From IMG/VR virus record IMGVR_UViG_3300005573_000004, positions 85,962 through 149,961 of that record: DNA of 64,000 nucleotides; one strand, given 5' to 3'. How positions within the stretch are numbered: the stretch's first letter is position 1; the number at the start of each line of letters is the position of its first letter. The DNA comes from a virus. Below the pieces are notes generated by a model. The model did no database searches, was not told where the DNA came from, and saw nothing but the letters and a program-made list of their open reading frames with translations. Both the position numbers and the translations under genes were made by a program. Shown piece by piece: positions 39,347 through 49,806 of the stretch.

Positions 39347-40333
39347 ATGGCATTTGATTTAGAATATATTTTAACAGAGTGTGACCACAGAATACACGAT
39401 GAACTTTTATTTGAAAGTGTAATAACTTCTGACATAGTAGCGTCAGATGCAGCACGCTTTGGTTCTTCTTTTTTTGGGCGTAGTAGATTCGGGTATACTG
39501 TTTTTTATTTAAATGATAGATATGGAGCGAGTGGACAGTTTTTTGATAATCCTGATGGAACTGTTACTGCTGTTTTTCCATTAGTAAATAAAATAGCTGG
39601 CTCACCAAAGCTTTTTTATAAACTTCCATCAGAATATTTAAGACATCCACTTCCGCAGTATACGAGCACAGAACTTGGAACTCCTTATTATGGAACTTTT
39701 GGTATATATTATGGTGCAGATACTGATTATTATTTAGGTAGTTCAACTGAAGTTCCATCAGATTCTAATAGTTCTGCAAATGAATTATGGTTTATAGCAT
39801 ATGAACCAATGGCATATAAGGGCTATAATATTCCAGCTAATAGTATTGTTATAAATAGATTTAATAATGAATATACTTGGTTATTGGATTATAATGTAGT
39901 AATGGAAGAATGTCCGTATTGTGAAGGAACTGGAGTAAAAAATGATTTAAAACTCAGTCCAATTGGTAGACTTAAATTAGTTGCTGATATGGATAAACTT
40001 ATGCAACAAGTTATAAAAGCTATAATTACTTCTAAAGGAAAAAACATATTCTTTCCTAGTTATGGAACTATTATTCCGCAAGCAATTGGATCTCGTGGTT
40101 TAAATGGTTTTATCTTACGTGAAGAAATTTATCAACAATTATCTATGATTGCTAAAAATCAACAAGATATACTAAATATGAATTCATTATTTTTTACTGC
40201 AGGAGAAGTATTGCATGATTTAATTGGGGTTCAAGTACAACCATCTTCAGATCCAAGACAAATTAATTTATTAGTTACGATACAGAATAAAGCATCAGAA
40301 ATGCGTACGTCTAAGACATTCAAAGTAGGCTAA
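39347..40333 (+). CDS. Baseplate wedge protein with gp25-like C-terminus
   Basis: CPYC.G.G..ND, KL.Q...K.I.T.KG.N.F.P.YGT and DPR motifs. Confidence 0.75.
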   Translation: MAFDLEYILTECDHRIHDELLFESVITSDIVASDAARFGSSFFGRSRFGYTVFYLNDRYGASGQFFDNPDGTVTAVFPLVNKIAGSPKLFYKLPSEYLRHPLPQYTSTELGTPYYGTFGIYYGADTDYYLGSSTEVPSDSNSSANELWFIAYEPMAYKGYNIPANSIVINRFNNEYTWLLDYNVVMEECPYCEGTGVKNDLKLSPIGRLKLVADMDKLMQQVIKAIITSKGKNIFFPSYGTIIPQAIGSRGLNGFILREEIYQQLSMIAKNQQDILNMNSLFFTAGEVLHDLIGVQVQPSSDPRQINLLVTIQNKASEMRTSKTFKVG

Positions 40334-40343
40334 GGAGGATTTT

Positions 40344-42116
40344 ATGGAATTAATACCAACTAAATCTCGTACTCAATTAGTTCGTGAAGTTATAGATTAT
40401 ATAAATAGTCGTTATCCGTCTGCAGATCTAAGTCCAGGTCTAGTTTTTAGAGATCTTCTTGTAGAAGCTCCTATGCAGTTCATAGGAGATACAGTTGCTA
40501 TGACTAATTTTATTGGACAAATTTTAGATTTATCTGCTTTAGAGCAATTAGTATCTAATCCTAAAACTAGAATTGAAACTGCTATTGCTTTAGGAATAGA
40601 TCAAACTGCTATGAACGATATTATTACTAAAATTATAGAACTTTATGCAGCTAATTATAATATAGTTAGAAGAGTTGGTACTTATGCATCAGGAGTTTTA
40701 ACATTTTATTCTATTGAAAAACCTACTGATATTATTAGAATTCCTGCTGGAACTATAGTTCGTGTGCCTAATACTGGTATTTCTTTTCAAACTATTCAAG
40801 ATGCTGCTTTAGATGGAAATAATTTAGATTTTAATAGAGATTATGATACTCTTAAGAATCGTTGGTTTGTTAAAGTTTCAGCACAATGTACTATAGTAGG
40901 TAGTATAGGAAATGTTCCAGCGAATAGCATAACTCAAATAGATGATACATCTATAAAACTTTCTGTAACTAATGAAGACAGGTTTACTGGAGGTTCAAAT
41001 TCAGAAGATGATTATACTCTTCTAACAAGAGTAAAAAGAGTATATCGTGGGAACTTTCAGGGTACTGCAGACTCATTATTAGCTAACGTATTAGCTTATT
41101 CTGGAGTTAAAGATGCTGTAATTGCATATCTCCCAAACGATCCTAATAAGATAGACGATTCAATTAATTCTATAGATATATTTGTTTATGCTAATAATAG
41201 AGTAAATTTCACAGATTCTGTACAACCAGCATTTAACTCAAATTTTATTGCACTTTCATCAAAATACATTTCAAATATACGTACTTTAACAATTCCTCAA
41301 GATAATAATTCAGATTTTTATGTTCCTTCATTTGCATATTCATTATCCTATACTTCTGATGGAACTTCATATATAAGTTTTTCATATATCAAAGATAAAT
41401 ATATTTCTGTTTTGCCTTATTCTACTTATAGTTGTAAGATTAAATTAGTTTTAAATGGAGATTCTCAAAAGCCAATTTATGGAAGCTTTCCAGATTTTTC
41501 AGATGATCAATATCTAAACTCTAATAGTAGACTTTATGTATTTGTTAATCAAAATGGAATGTGGGATGATGTGACTTCAAGTTGTTTATATAAAAAAGAT
41601 GGAAATGATCAAGCTATAATACTACCTGGATTAGGTTATTCTCCAACTATTGCACTTAAAATACATCCAAAATCTACAGACATAATTAAAGTTAATTATG
41701 ATTATGATTCAGTTATTTCTGATATGTCTACATACTTATTTAGTTCAAGTCGTAAATTTGTTGGACAAAATATATATTTCTATCCAGCAACTCCAGTAGG
41801 TATTATTGCTCAGATTCAAATACAAGTTGATCCATCCTATGGCACGACTGATCGGGAAGCTATGGCTAAACAAAAATATATAGAATTAATAAATAGTTAT
41901 AGATTAGGTGCAGAATTAAACCAAACAACTTTTGTTTCTGAATTTTTAAAAATTGCTGGTATTGTAGATGTAAAAATACCATTTGATATATTCACACGAG
42001 ATCAAAATACTCGCACCGGATCTAGTGATATTATTTTGTCGGCAAAAGAATATCCAGTTATTCTCAATGATGCGGATATAAAAATTATTGGAACATATGA
42101 GACAATAAATATCTAA
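40344..42116 (+). CDS. Baseplate J-like wedge protein
   Basis: IPAGT.V, G..GNVPANSI and VTN...FTGG...EDD..L..R motifs. Confidence 0.88.
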   Translation: MELIPTKSRTQLVREVIDYINSRYPSADLSPGLVFRDLLVEAPMQFIGDTVAMTNFIGQILDLSALEQLVSNPKTRIETAIALGIDQTAMNDIITKIIELYAANYNIVRRVGTYASGVLTFYSIEKPTDIIRIPAGTIVRVPNTGISFQTIQDAALDGNNLDFNRDYDTLKNRWFVKVSAQCTIVGSIGNVPANSITQIDDTSIKLSVTNEDRFTGGSNSEDDYTLLTRVKRVYRGNFQGTADSLLANVLAYSGVKDAVIAYLPNDPNKIDDSINSIDIFVYANNRVNFTDSVQPAFNSNFIALSSKYISNIRTLTIPQDNNSDFYVPSFAYSLSYTSDGTSYISFSYIKDKYISVLPYSTYSCKIKLVLNGDSQKPIYGSFPDFSDDQYLNSNSRLYVFVNQNGMWDDVTSSCLYKKDGNDQAIILPGLGYSPTIALKIHPKSTDIIKVNYDYDSVISDMSTYLFSSSRKFVGQNIYFYPATPVGIIAQIQIQVDPSYGTTDREAMAKQKYIELINSYRLGAELNQTTFVSEFLKIAGIVDVKIPFDIFTRDQNTRTGSSDIILSAKEYPVILNDADIKIIGTYETINI

Positions 42117-42125
42117 AGGGGTGTT

Positions 42126-42794
42126 TTGATGGAACCAATAAAATTAGATTCTAATAGAAAAATAATAGATACATTAGTAGAACGAAAAGATGGTAGTATG
42201 TATGATACATACTACAAAGCTTTAGAAGAATTAATCCATACTTATGTGGATCAAGTAGTGACAGCTGCTATTAATAATTCTTTTATTACCATAGCCGATG
42301 ATACTGGATTAAAGCGTTGGGAAGCCTTTTATACAGCCAAACCATTTGATATGGATATAAATGAATATCGTAGATTATTGTTTATTCTTAATGATCTTAC
42401 TGGTAATGGTCCAACATATGATAATGTTTTAAAACTTATAAGATTTTTTGATCCTGATGGGACTTTTTTTCCAATTATTGTTTATCCTATATATGCAGAT
42501 TATCCTCATGATGCAGCAACGCCTCCTTTTTCTGAATTTTGGAGAGAGTCTGATGGTAAATATTTTACTGATGAAATGACTATTTATGATGAGAATTCTT
42601 CGTTAGAAAAAATAAATGAATTTACTTTTTTAGATAATGATAGTCTTATTTATGAGACATCGGTTTTAAATGTTGAAAAGCAAACTTATAGAATACTTCT
42701 TAAAACATTATTAGAAATGTTACTTCCAGCTAACGTTATTTTTATGTTACATTTTTCGGATTATTCTCCTATTCTTTTTGGAGGGAATGCTTAA
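42126..42794 (+). CDS. Baseplate I-like / tail protein
   Basis: Follows baseplate J; TA...GL.RWE, EYR..L, GPT and L.PA motifs. Confidence 0.6.
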   Translation: MMEPIKLDSNRKIIDTLVERKDGSMYDTYYKALEELIHTYVDQVVTAAINNSFITIADDTGLKRWEAFYTAKPFDMDINEYRRLLFILNDLTGNGPTYDNVLKLIRFFDPDGTFFPIIVYPIYADYPHDAATPPFSEFWRESDGKYFTDEMTIYDENSSLEKINEFTFLDNDSLIYETSVLNVEKQTYRILLKTLLEMLLPANVIFMLHFSDYSPILFGGNA

Positions 42795-43773
42795 TATGAT
42801 AAAATTATTAGAATATACACCTCCAGCAGGAATTAATACTGTATACGATTTAAATATTATTGGCCCAAGAAATATAAAAGTAAATCTTTCTAAAGCTATA
42901 AAGATAGCAAATAATAGATTTTTAGTGCACGTTCATAATGAAAATGCTCCTTGGGAACAATATTTATATGATTATTCTGTTGGTTCCAATACCTATACGC
43001 TCATAGATCAGATCGGATATGCAGGTTTTGAATTCTATCCTTTTGGAAGTCAACAAATCATAGTAGCCTATATAGGATTTTGTAGGCCAAGTCGTTATAG
43101 CATATATGATATATATTCTAACTCTTATAGAACTTATAATCTTTATGAAGATAAACCGTGGGCTTCAATCTATAAATCCTATAAAACTAATAATGATTAT
43201 TTAGTATTAGCTATCAATAGTTATGATCCAACTAAAAATTCTTTTATAGATGTTATTGATCCTAGAGACGCAACTAGGAAGAATACATTTGATATTGGTG
43301 TCCAAAGACCTATATCCACAATTGCAGCTTTATCAGATACATTATTAATCTATTTTTTATTAGAAGATGTAAAGGGAAATGGTATTTTATATTTTGTAGA
43401 TACAAATAATAATACTAAAACTTTAGTACAATTTAATCCAGGAGATATGTTATATTCTCGTTCTAATTGGATAATTCCTATACATCAAGGTCTTATCATT
43501 TATGTTCAGCAGGTTAAGAATAATAACACTAATACTATAAATTTACTCACTGGGGCTTTTGGATCCAGTTCTATTAAACTTAGGTTATCTATTCCTTATT
43601 TAGATAAACCATCAGTATTTCTAGATAAGACATCTATCATCTTAGCTGACAATTCTAAACAGGTAGTTGTGGTAGAAGATTTTGTTAATCAATTAGGCAC
43701 ATCTAAAGTGAATAGGTATACTATCAATACAAGTATAACGGATTTGACACCTTTTTATTTGACAACACTATAA
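42778..43773 (+). CDS. Hypothetical beta-rich tail-associated protein
   Basis: Y/N/I-rich; located after the baseplate genes. Confidence 0.45.
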   Translation: MEGMLNMIKLLEYTPPAGINTVYDLNIIGPRNIKVNLSKAIKIANNRFLVHVHNENAPWEQYLYDYSVGSNTYTLIDQIGYAGFEFYPFGSQQIIVAYIGFCRPSRYSIYDIYSNSYRTYNLYEDKPWASIYKSYKTNNDYLVLAINSYDPTKNSFIDVIDPRDATRKNTFDIGVQRPISTIAALSDTLLIYFLLEDVKGNGILYFVDTNNNTKTLVQFNPGDMLYSRSNWIIPIHQGLIIYVQQVKNNNTNTINLLTGAFGSSSIKLRLSIPYLDKPSVFLDKTSIILADNSKQVVVVEDFVNQLGTSKVNRYTINTSITDLTPFYLTTL

Positions 43774-43786
43774 GGAGGATAATAGA

Positions 43787-46700
43787 ATGAAATTAGGTAT
43801 TAAAGCTTTATTGGAAAGTTTATTTCGCAGATTTGGAGAAGATTCAATGGAAGAATCAATGGAAAAATCAACAAATAATACTCAAACTAACAGGTATGAA
43901 CAAGATGATATAACACGCTTATGGCAAGAATTTTTATATTTTGTAGAAGCTACACTATCTGACGCAAATTCAATGAGATCCGAATTTGAAGAGAAAAATC
44001 TTGAAGAAAAAGGTTTGAAGATAAATGATGTAAAAAATTCTAAGAATTTTGTAAATTGGCTAACGAGTGATACCGGCTCTACAGAGAAACTTCAAAATGA
44101 ATTAGTAAAAGATTTTAAAGCATCTAAATTAGGACTTGAAGATTATTTAAATAAATTTAGAGATAGAAAAGAAATACAAGACTTAGTAACAGATGCTATA
44201 GGATATTACATTGACTTCCTTGCGGAACAAAAAAGAAGTCAAAAAGGGCCAGATCAAATTAGACTGACAAAAGAATTATTGGGACATTTTTCTAAAATTC
44301 TCATGGAGAAGTTTAATCAGTTTTTTAAAGAAGAATATCAAAATGATGAGTTTTTTAAAGGTTTAAATGAACGCTTAATAGAATCGCTGCGTATTGAATT
44401 TCTAGATATGATAGAAGAAGATATGAATCCTCTTACGAATTCTACTGCATACCAGCAGATATCACAAAACATTGTAGGCAAAGATCGAAAACAATATCAA
44501 GAGTTATTAAATAATGTAGCAACTAAGTTATTTGAAAACGATTACAAAAATAGATTAAGACAGCGTAGTCGTGAAATAATATCAAAGTTAGCAGATCCTA
44601 AAGAAGTTGAGAATATCATAAATGGAAATAACCTTCTTAATTTACAAGAAACATTTCAAAAAATAGCAGAACAGAAAATAAACAAAGAACAAGATTATTT
44701 TTATGTAATAGGTGAAGATTTATATTTTACAGACCTCGGTAAAACTACACTTTTAACGTTATGGCGAGCTCACTTAAAAACTAATGCAGAATCTATTATT
44801 AATCTTTTTTTAGCCCAAATTGAATCTGCTGGTGCTGAACAACACAAGGAAGTTTTAGAAAAAGAAAATTTTAAATATCAGACGTCTGCTTTATCTGAAG
44901 ATATGCAAAAACTTGCATCTGTAAATGAGAGGTATAAAGCGTTTTTTGGTACACAATCAATGCCACTCTTGGAATTTCTTATTGAGAGAAATCTAGATCA
45001 ATTGCCTAATGTTAATAAGTTTGATATTGAAGTTCCTGGATATTTTGGCCGTGATACAACTATACTTCACGCTATGAATCGTATGACAAAGCGTAATTTA
45101 TTTTATCCAATGGCTCCAGATTTAAAATCTGAAAAATGGACACTTACTATTAATCCCACATTAGAGTACGATAAAATAGCTAGTCTATATGCTGGTTCTT
45201 TAGCTACAGAATTTAGAGATATTCTTACTGTTTTTGCTTATAGAGGAGCTTTAGACGAAAATGATCCATTTCATCCATTATGGGTTCTTATTAGAAATGT
45301 AATGTTAGCATTTGATAAATATGCTTTTGCTCATTTAGAACCAGGAAATTTAGAAAAATTAGTTCAAACAGGAGGTAAAGTCGTGGACGTAACAAAACAG
45401 ACTTTAGAGAATGTTAGTTCTAAAAATCCAATTGAAAATCCAACAGAGAATCAACCTGAAGCAAAACCAGAACAAGCAGCATCAGGAGCAGAACAAAATA
45501 TTGAACCAACTGGAAAAACTGGTATATATTCCTTACATAGACTTTTAAAGTATGCTGCAACTGAAAGTGAAATTCAGGAATTAGTACGTTCTTTTTTTAG
45601 AAGATTCTACGGTAATGCATGGGAACAGAAAAATCCTTTAAACATAGACTACGTTGAATATGCATCAGACATATTACCTTGGAAAGTAATTAAATTAAAA
45701 ATCCCATATACTTTTTTTCGTAGAATTGATATGATTAAACCTGCACGTATAGTAAATATACTACAAGGCATCGGATTAAAAAGTTATCCAAAGTTTGGAG
45801 GCAATAGATATATAGTTGGCTATACAGCTTTATCTGATTTCGTCGAAGGATCTCAGTTTAACGAAGTTTTCATAGCTGTACCTAATCAAGAGTATAAGGA
45901 GAAACTTAAAGATATTTTATCTCAGAAGTATCCTGATCATGAAAAAGAGATTAAAGATATTAAGGATTCTGATATAGGAAATTGGTTTAGAAAAGTAGTC
46001 GAAATATTGGGTCAACCGCCAGATGACCTTATAAAAGAAATACGAGTGTCTCCCTTACTAAAAGCTATTATTAATAAAACAGATTTTACGAAAATTACAG
46101 ATGGGGAGCTAAAGAAATATATTACAGAAATTACTGATAAATTTGACAAAGCATATATCTGGGAAAAACTTGGTTTAAAACCAGAAGAGGCAATTTCTCC
46201 TATGACAGATCAAGCAAGACTTCAAGATTTAAAATATAAATTAAATCAATTAGTTCAGGTAGCTCAGGAAGATTTCTTTGTTACAGGCCACGGTTCTATT
46301 CAGTATAATATTTTTGGCTCATCAAAGAGAAATGCACCAGAAGTTAAACTTACTAGAGAAATTAACACAATTATAAAACAGATTCAAATGCAGTACGGAG
46401 TTACTCCTGATAGTCCATTTCCAGATAAGTTAATACAAGAGCTAATTAATATGGTTAATAAGCTACGAGATAGTTTCGAGCAGAATAACTTTGGAGGGTC
46501 TGCGTTCGGTCTTGTTCAAACTGCATATAATAGAGTACTGCACACAGCAGAGCGCATAGTTTTGTCAGTTGATGATACTGTTGCTTTGAAAGATATTGCA
46601 AAGTTATACGATTCGTTTGCAGAATTTAGATCTGAGTTGCTAAAAGTGTTAGAGACACTCCATCGTGAAAGAGATAGAGGTCCTAAAAGTACTGGAGAAG

Positions 46701-47668
46701 ATACACCAATAGCTCGAGCTGTAACGTCTATGTATCTGGATACAGCTTATATTTTTATGGATAAATTTGTAGAAAATCCTGATATTTCAATTATGCTTGA
46801 TATTGGTCGTTTAGAAAATATATTAGATTATTTACGTACTACAGATCCTACACGAATTGCGAGAGAAAAGGAAAAAGTAAAACTCAAAATTGAGGAAATT
46901 GTAACTAGACTTAAATTACCAAAAATAAGTAATGATAAATTAGAAAAATTGCCAAATGCAGAAGCTTTAGTAAAAATGTTACAAGAATTAGCTACTTCAT
47001 CTAGAGTACAGGAAAAATTACAGCAAGGTGAGGAGGGATTGATAGAAGTTTCTAAATTTCCAGAAGATGTAGAGCCGGACAAATATAAGCTTAACGTAAA
47101 ATTTCCTAAATTCGGAGATCGGATTAAAAAGGTATTTGATAAATTCAAAAATGTATTTAATACATCCAAAAATGTTTCTCAACAAACTTTAGTGGATGAC
47201 GAGCAAGTTTATAAGAATATAGTAGAGATGTTAGCTGTTGCAAGTAAAAATGGAGTTCCCGTAGATATTCTAGAAGAATCTTCTCCCGTCATGAAACGAA
47301 AGATATCACCAACAGTATCACCAGGATCTTCTCAAGTAGAAGAGGTGATTATACAAGAAAAACCTACTGGTATTGATTCTATTAGTTTTGATACTCCAGA
47401 AAAGCTTCTTGATAGAATTGATAGAGCTATTCAAACTTTTCAGAAACAGCCAGACCTGGTCAACGAATTAAATCCTTTGAAAGACAAATTATTAAAATTA
47501 TTAAAAGGAGCTAAAAACGACAATAAAGAACAGACAATAAATGAAATAAAAAAGATAGAAAACGAATTCAAAGAAACTTTGAAAACTTTTCTTAGGTCAA
47601 GAGGTACATCTTTAGATATTTCTTCTACATATTTGTCACCTATTTTTGGCGATGAGATTCCAAAGTAA
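43787..47668 (+). CDS. Very large helical hypothetical protein (possible ejected/internal protein)
   Basis: 1293 aa with AAGGAGG RBS; contains QKLAS and LLKYAA motifs. Confidence 0.65.
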   Translation: MKLGIKALLESLFRRFGEDSMEESMEKSTNNTQTNRYEQDDITRLWQEFLYFVEATLSDANSMRSEFEEKNLEEKGLKINDVKNSKNFVNWLTSDTGSTEKLQNELVKDFKASKLGLEDYLNKFRDRKEIQDLVTDAIGYYIDFLAEQKRSQKGPDQIRLTKELLGHFSKILMEKFNQFFKEEYQNDEFFKGLNERLIESLRIEFLDMIEEDMNPLTNSTAYQQISQNIVGKDRKQYQELLNNVATKLFENDYKNRLRQRSREIISKLADPKEVENIINGNNLLNLQETFQKIAEQKINKEQDYFYVIGEDLYFTDLGKTTLLTLWRAHLKTNAESIINLFLAQIESAGAEQHKEVLEKENFKYQTSALSEDMQKLASVNERYKAFFGTQSMPLLEFLIERNLDQLPNVNKFDIEVPGYFGRDTTILHAMNRMTKRNLFYPMAPDLKSEKWTLTINPTLEYDKIASLYAGSLATEFRDILTVFAYRGALDENDPFHPLWVLIRNVMLAFDKYAFAHLEPGNLEKLVQTGGKVVDVTKQTLENVSSKNPIENPTENQPEAKPEQAASGAEQNIEPTGKTGIYSLHRLLKYAATESEIQELVRSFFRRFYGNAWEQKNPLNIDYVEYASDILPWKVIKLKIPYTFFRRIDMIKPARIVNILQGIGLKSYPKFGGNRYIVGYTALSDFVEGSQFNEVFIAVPNQEYKEKLKDILSQKYPDHEKEIKDIKDSDIGNWFRKVVEILGQPPDDLIKEIRVSPLLKAIINKTDFTKITDGELKKYITEITDKFDKAYIWEKLGLKPEEAISPMTDQARLQDLKYKLNQLVQVAQEDFFVTGHGSIQYNIFGSSKRNAPEVKLTREINTIIKQIQMQYGVTPDSPFPDKLIQELINMVNKLRDSFEQNNFGGSAFGLVQTAYNRVLHTAERIVLSVDDTVALKDIAKLYDSFAEFRSELLKVLETLHRERDRGPKSTGEDTPIARAVTSMYLDTAYIFMDKFVENPDISIMLDIGRLENILDYLRTTDPTRIAREKEKVKLKIEEIVTRLKLPKISNDKLEKLPNAEALVKMLQELATSSRVQEKLQQGEEGLIEVSKFPEDVEPDKYKLNVKFPKFGDRIKKVFDKFKNVFNTSKNVSQQTLVDDEQVYKNIVEMLAVASKNGVPVDILEESSPVMKRKISPTVSPGSSQVEEVIIQEKPTGIDSISFDTPEKLLDRIDRAIQTFQKQPDLVNELNPLKDKLLKLLKGAKNDNKEQTINEIKKIENEFKETLKTFLRSRGTSLDISSTYLSPIFGDEIPK

Positions 47669-47798
47669 AAAACCTTAACTCAATTAGACCTTAGTAAAGT
47701 TCATAAATATGTAGATCAAGCTAAATACATTTTGGATGAAGCAAAGGAGAAAGCAAAGAAGTCAATTTCTGAGCTAATTAATAATTCTTCAACCAACT

Positions 47799-47841
47799 AA
47801 CTGAACTGCCTATGTCTTTAGGCATAGACAGTTCAGTTCAC
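47799..47841. terminator. Long hairpin at the convergence of the two transcription units; resembles the IS605 right end
   Basis: AACTGAACTGCCTATGTCT-TT-AGGCATAGACAGTTCAGTT near-perfect inverted repeat. Confidence 0.65.
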
Positions 47842-47856
47842 TTCAAACTTGATCAT

Positions 47857-48435
47857 CTATGCCAGATGATCAAGTTTAAGCATTCTACTCATAAGTGTCT
47901 GCCAAGCCACGTGAAGTGGTATAACACTCGGTTCTATGGACTCTGCTCTATAGGATCCTGAATTTCCGTCGAAGTCTTCACGATTTTTAATTCTCTCTAA
48001 AAAGGAACTTAGTGGCTCTGCTTGGCTAATCTGTTTTGCTTGTTCAGCAAGCCAATCTTTTTTAGTCTTTTTATATCTCTTTATTTCTCTAGTGTGTAGA
48101 GTTTTACGTAATATATCTATAATTTTATTTCTACAACTTTTCCAAAACAATGCATTGAAATTATTATGTATAGTAGGATCATACCTACATATTAGAGAGA
48201 CTAATACAATATCTAATTCTTGTATTAAATCATCCACAGTTATCCATGTTTCTGATCTTTTACTACTGCGTGTTAATTGAGCAGCTAAATTCCTTACCAT
48301 ACTTCTTAATGAGCTACTATAGTAAGTCCGCATTCTCTTGTATTCTCTCTGATTTATTATAGTCATTGTATCTGTATTTATTTGGAATTCAAAGAGCTGG
48401 TCTTTTACTGCTATTTGTTTTTTAATTATTGACAT
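47857..48435 (-). CDS. Sigma-70 region-2-containing phage sigma-like factor
   Basis: DDLIQE...L...RYDP....F.......RNKIIDILRK matches sigma region 2. ATG 48435 follows AAGGAGG; an alternative GTG lies at 48489. Confidence 0.7.
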   Translation of the reverse strand: MSIIKKQIAVKDQLFEFQINTDTMTIINQREYKRMRTYYSSSLRSMVRNLAAQLTRSSKRSETWITVDDLIQELDIVLVSLICRYDPTIHNNFNALFWKSCRNKIIDILRKTLHTREIKRYKKTKKDWLAEQAKQISQAEPLSSFLERIKNREDFDGNSGSYRAESIEPSVIPLHVAWQTLMSRMLKLDHLA

Positions 48436-48454
48436 AATTTCCTCCTTCAGGTTT

Positions 48455-49642
48455 TTAGAATTTTGTTTTAGAACTAAAAAAGAACCCACTTAGTGAACTA
48501 CCTTGCCTAAAGACAGAGGCTTCAAGTGACGAAACAATAGGAGTTGGGTTGTCACTTAGGCTCGTTCCGAGCCTTAATATATTTAAAGCTGAATTAAAAT
48601 CTCTATCTAAGGAGCAGTTACAATGAGGACAATTATGAATACGAATATCAAGAGTTTTAGGAACTACTTTTCCACATTGGCTACAAATCTGAGATGTATC
48701 TTTGGCTGGAACTTTAACTATTGTTCTACCAGCTTCTGCCGCTTTATAGGACAAAATGTTAAAGAACTGAAACCAGGCTACATCTCTCATGCTCCTATTA
48801 AGATTTCTAAAACTTGTAAAAGCATTCATTTTTTCGTGACAAATAGTATCATAATTATCTACATAATATCTAGCAACTTTATGATGAAAATCAAGACGTT
48901 GATTAGCGACCTTCTCATGAACTTTACTCAAAAGCAATTTAGTTTGTTTGTATTTATTAGAACCTTTGACTTGTTTAGAAAGTTTCTGTTGAAGTTTTTT
49001 AATTTTCTCAAAAGATTTATTCAACCATCTTGGATTTTCAATCTTTTTTCCTTCACTATCTGTAAGAAAACTTTCACAACCTACATCTATTCCAATTGCT
49101 TTATTAACCTTTGGAAGAACTTTAGGAGTTATATTATCACAAACAAAACTAATATACCATTTTCCAGTACTAGTTCTGCGGATAGTAACTGTTTTGATTT
49201 TGGCCTCTTTAGGAATTTGTCTATGAAACCTAATTTTGAATATACCTATTTTAGGAATATTCAAAACAGAACCTTCCAAAGACCAACTTGCTTGTTTAAG
49301 AGTAAAGGAATCATATCTATTAGTTCCTTTAAACCTTGGAAATCCTGGATTTTCTCCTTTTTTGACTCTATTAAAAAAATTTTGATAAGCTCTATCAAGA
49401 CGTTCTATAACATCTTGGAGACTTTGAGAAGGAATTTGTTTAAATTCAGGATAATATTGTTTGAGTTCCGGAAGTTGTTTTATTTGATCAAATTTAGAAA
49501 TAGACTTCCTATGAAGCTTCCAAGCATTAATTCTTTGACTAAGACAAAGATTATATACTTGGCGACAAAGTTCCAAGACTTTATTAGCTTGGTCTTCTGT
49601 AGTCTTATTGATATAGGCTCTAAATTTGTATGTCTTTTTCAT
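48455..49642 (-). CDS. tnpB: TnpB RNA-guided endonuclease
   Basis: MKKTYKFR N-terminus, GFPRFK, RuvC D (GIDVG), E (HEKM) and D (DRDFNSA), CSQC/CPHC zinc finger. Confidence 0.95.
   Translation of the reverse strand: MKKTYKFRAYINKTTEDQANKVLELCRQVYNLCLSQRINAWKLHRKSISKFDQIKQLPELKQYYPEFKQIPSQSLQDVIERLDRAYQNFFNRVKKGENPGFPRFKGTNRYDSFTLKQASWSLEGSVLNIPKIGIFKIRFHRQIPKEAKIKTVTIRRTSTGKWYISFVCDNITPKVLPKVNKAIGIDVGCESFLTDSEGKKIENPRWLNKSFEKIKKLQQKLSKQVKGSNKYKQTKLLLSKVHEKVANQRLDFHHKVARYYVDNYDTICHEKMNAFTSFRNLNRSMRDVAWFQFFNILSYKAAEAGRTIVKVPAKDTSQICSQCGKVVPKTLDIRIHNCPHCNCSLDRDFNSALNILRLGTSLSDNPTPIVSSLEASVFRQGSSLSGFFFSSKTKF
48473..48640 (-). ncRNA. Predicted TnpB omegaRNA (reRNA); guide = flank TAAGTGGGTTCTTTTTTAGT
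   Basis: Inferred from established TnpB biology: scaffold overlaps the tnpB 3' end and right end. The 5' boundary is approximate. Confidence 0.55.
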
Positions 49643-49778
49643 TTGATTTCTCCTATTGTTTCTTATTTTTTTAGATAACTTAATTATATATTAGTTTTGG
49701 TGCAAAAGCAAGTCAAAAGCACGGCAATTTATCCCTGCCCTAAAGGGGTTGACAGGGTTTTCTTTTCGTTAAGGCATT
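48493..49778 (-). mobile_element. IS200/IS605-family element carrying tnpB only (no tnpA)
   Basis: Left end TTAT|AATGC...AAAA-CCCTG hairpin; right end GAAG-CCTCTGTCTTTAGGCAAGG...TCAC. Guide tetranucleotides match the cleavage sites by the IS608 rule. Confidence 0.85.
49683..49711 (-). promoter_or_regulatory. Sigma70-type promoter for tnpB
   Basis: TTGCTT-17 nt-TATAAT. Confidence 0.65.
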
Positions 49779-49806
49779 ATAACCTCCTTTCAGTTTTAAT
49801 AATTTA

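Noticed and set aside
28841-42794. Tailocin / extracellular contractile injection system
   Set aside because: Terminase, portal, protease and capsid genes are linked, so this is a complete phage morphogenesis region.
43787-47668. Virion RNA polymerase in the 1293-aa (or 628-aa) ORF
   Set aside because: No DxDGD or single-subunit RNAP motifs recognised; needs a structure search.
48623-49678. 351-aa + strand ORF
   Set aside because: Antisense to an intact tnpB, F/I/K-biased, with no RBS or motif.
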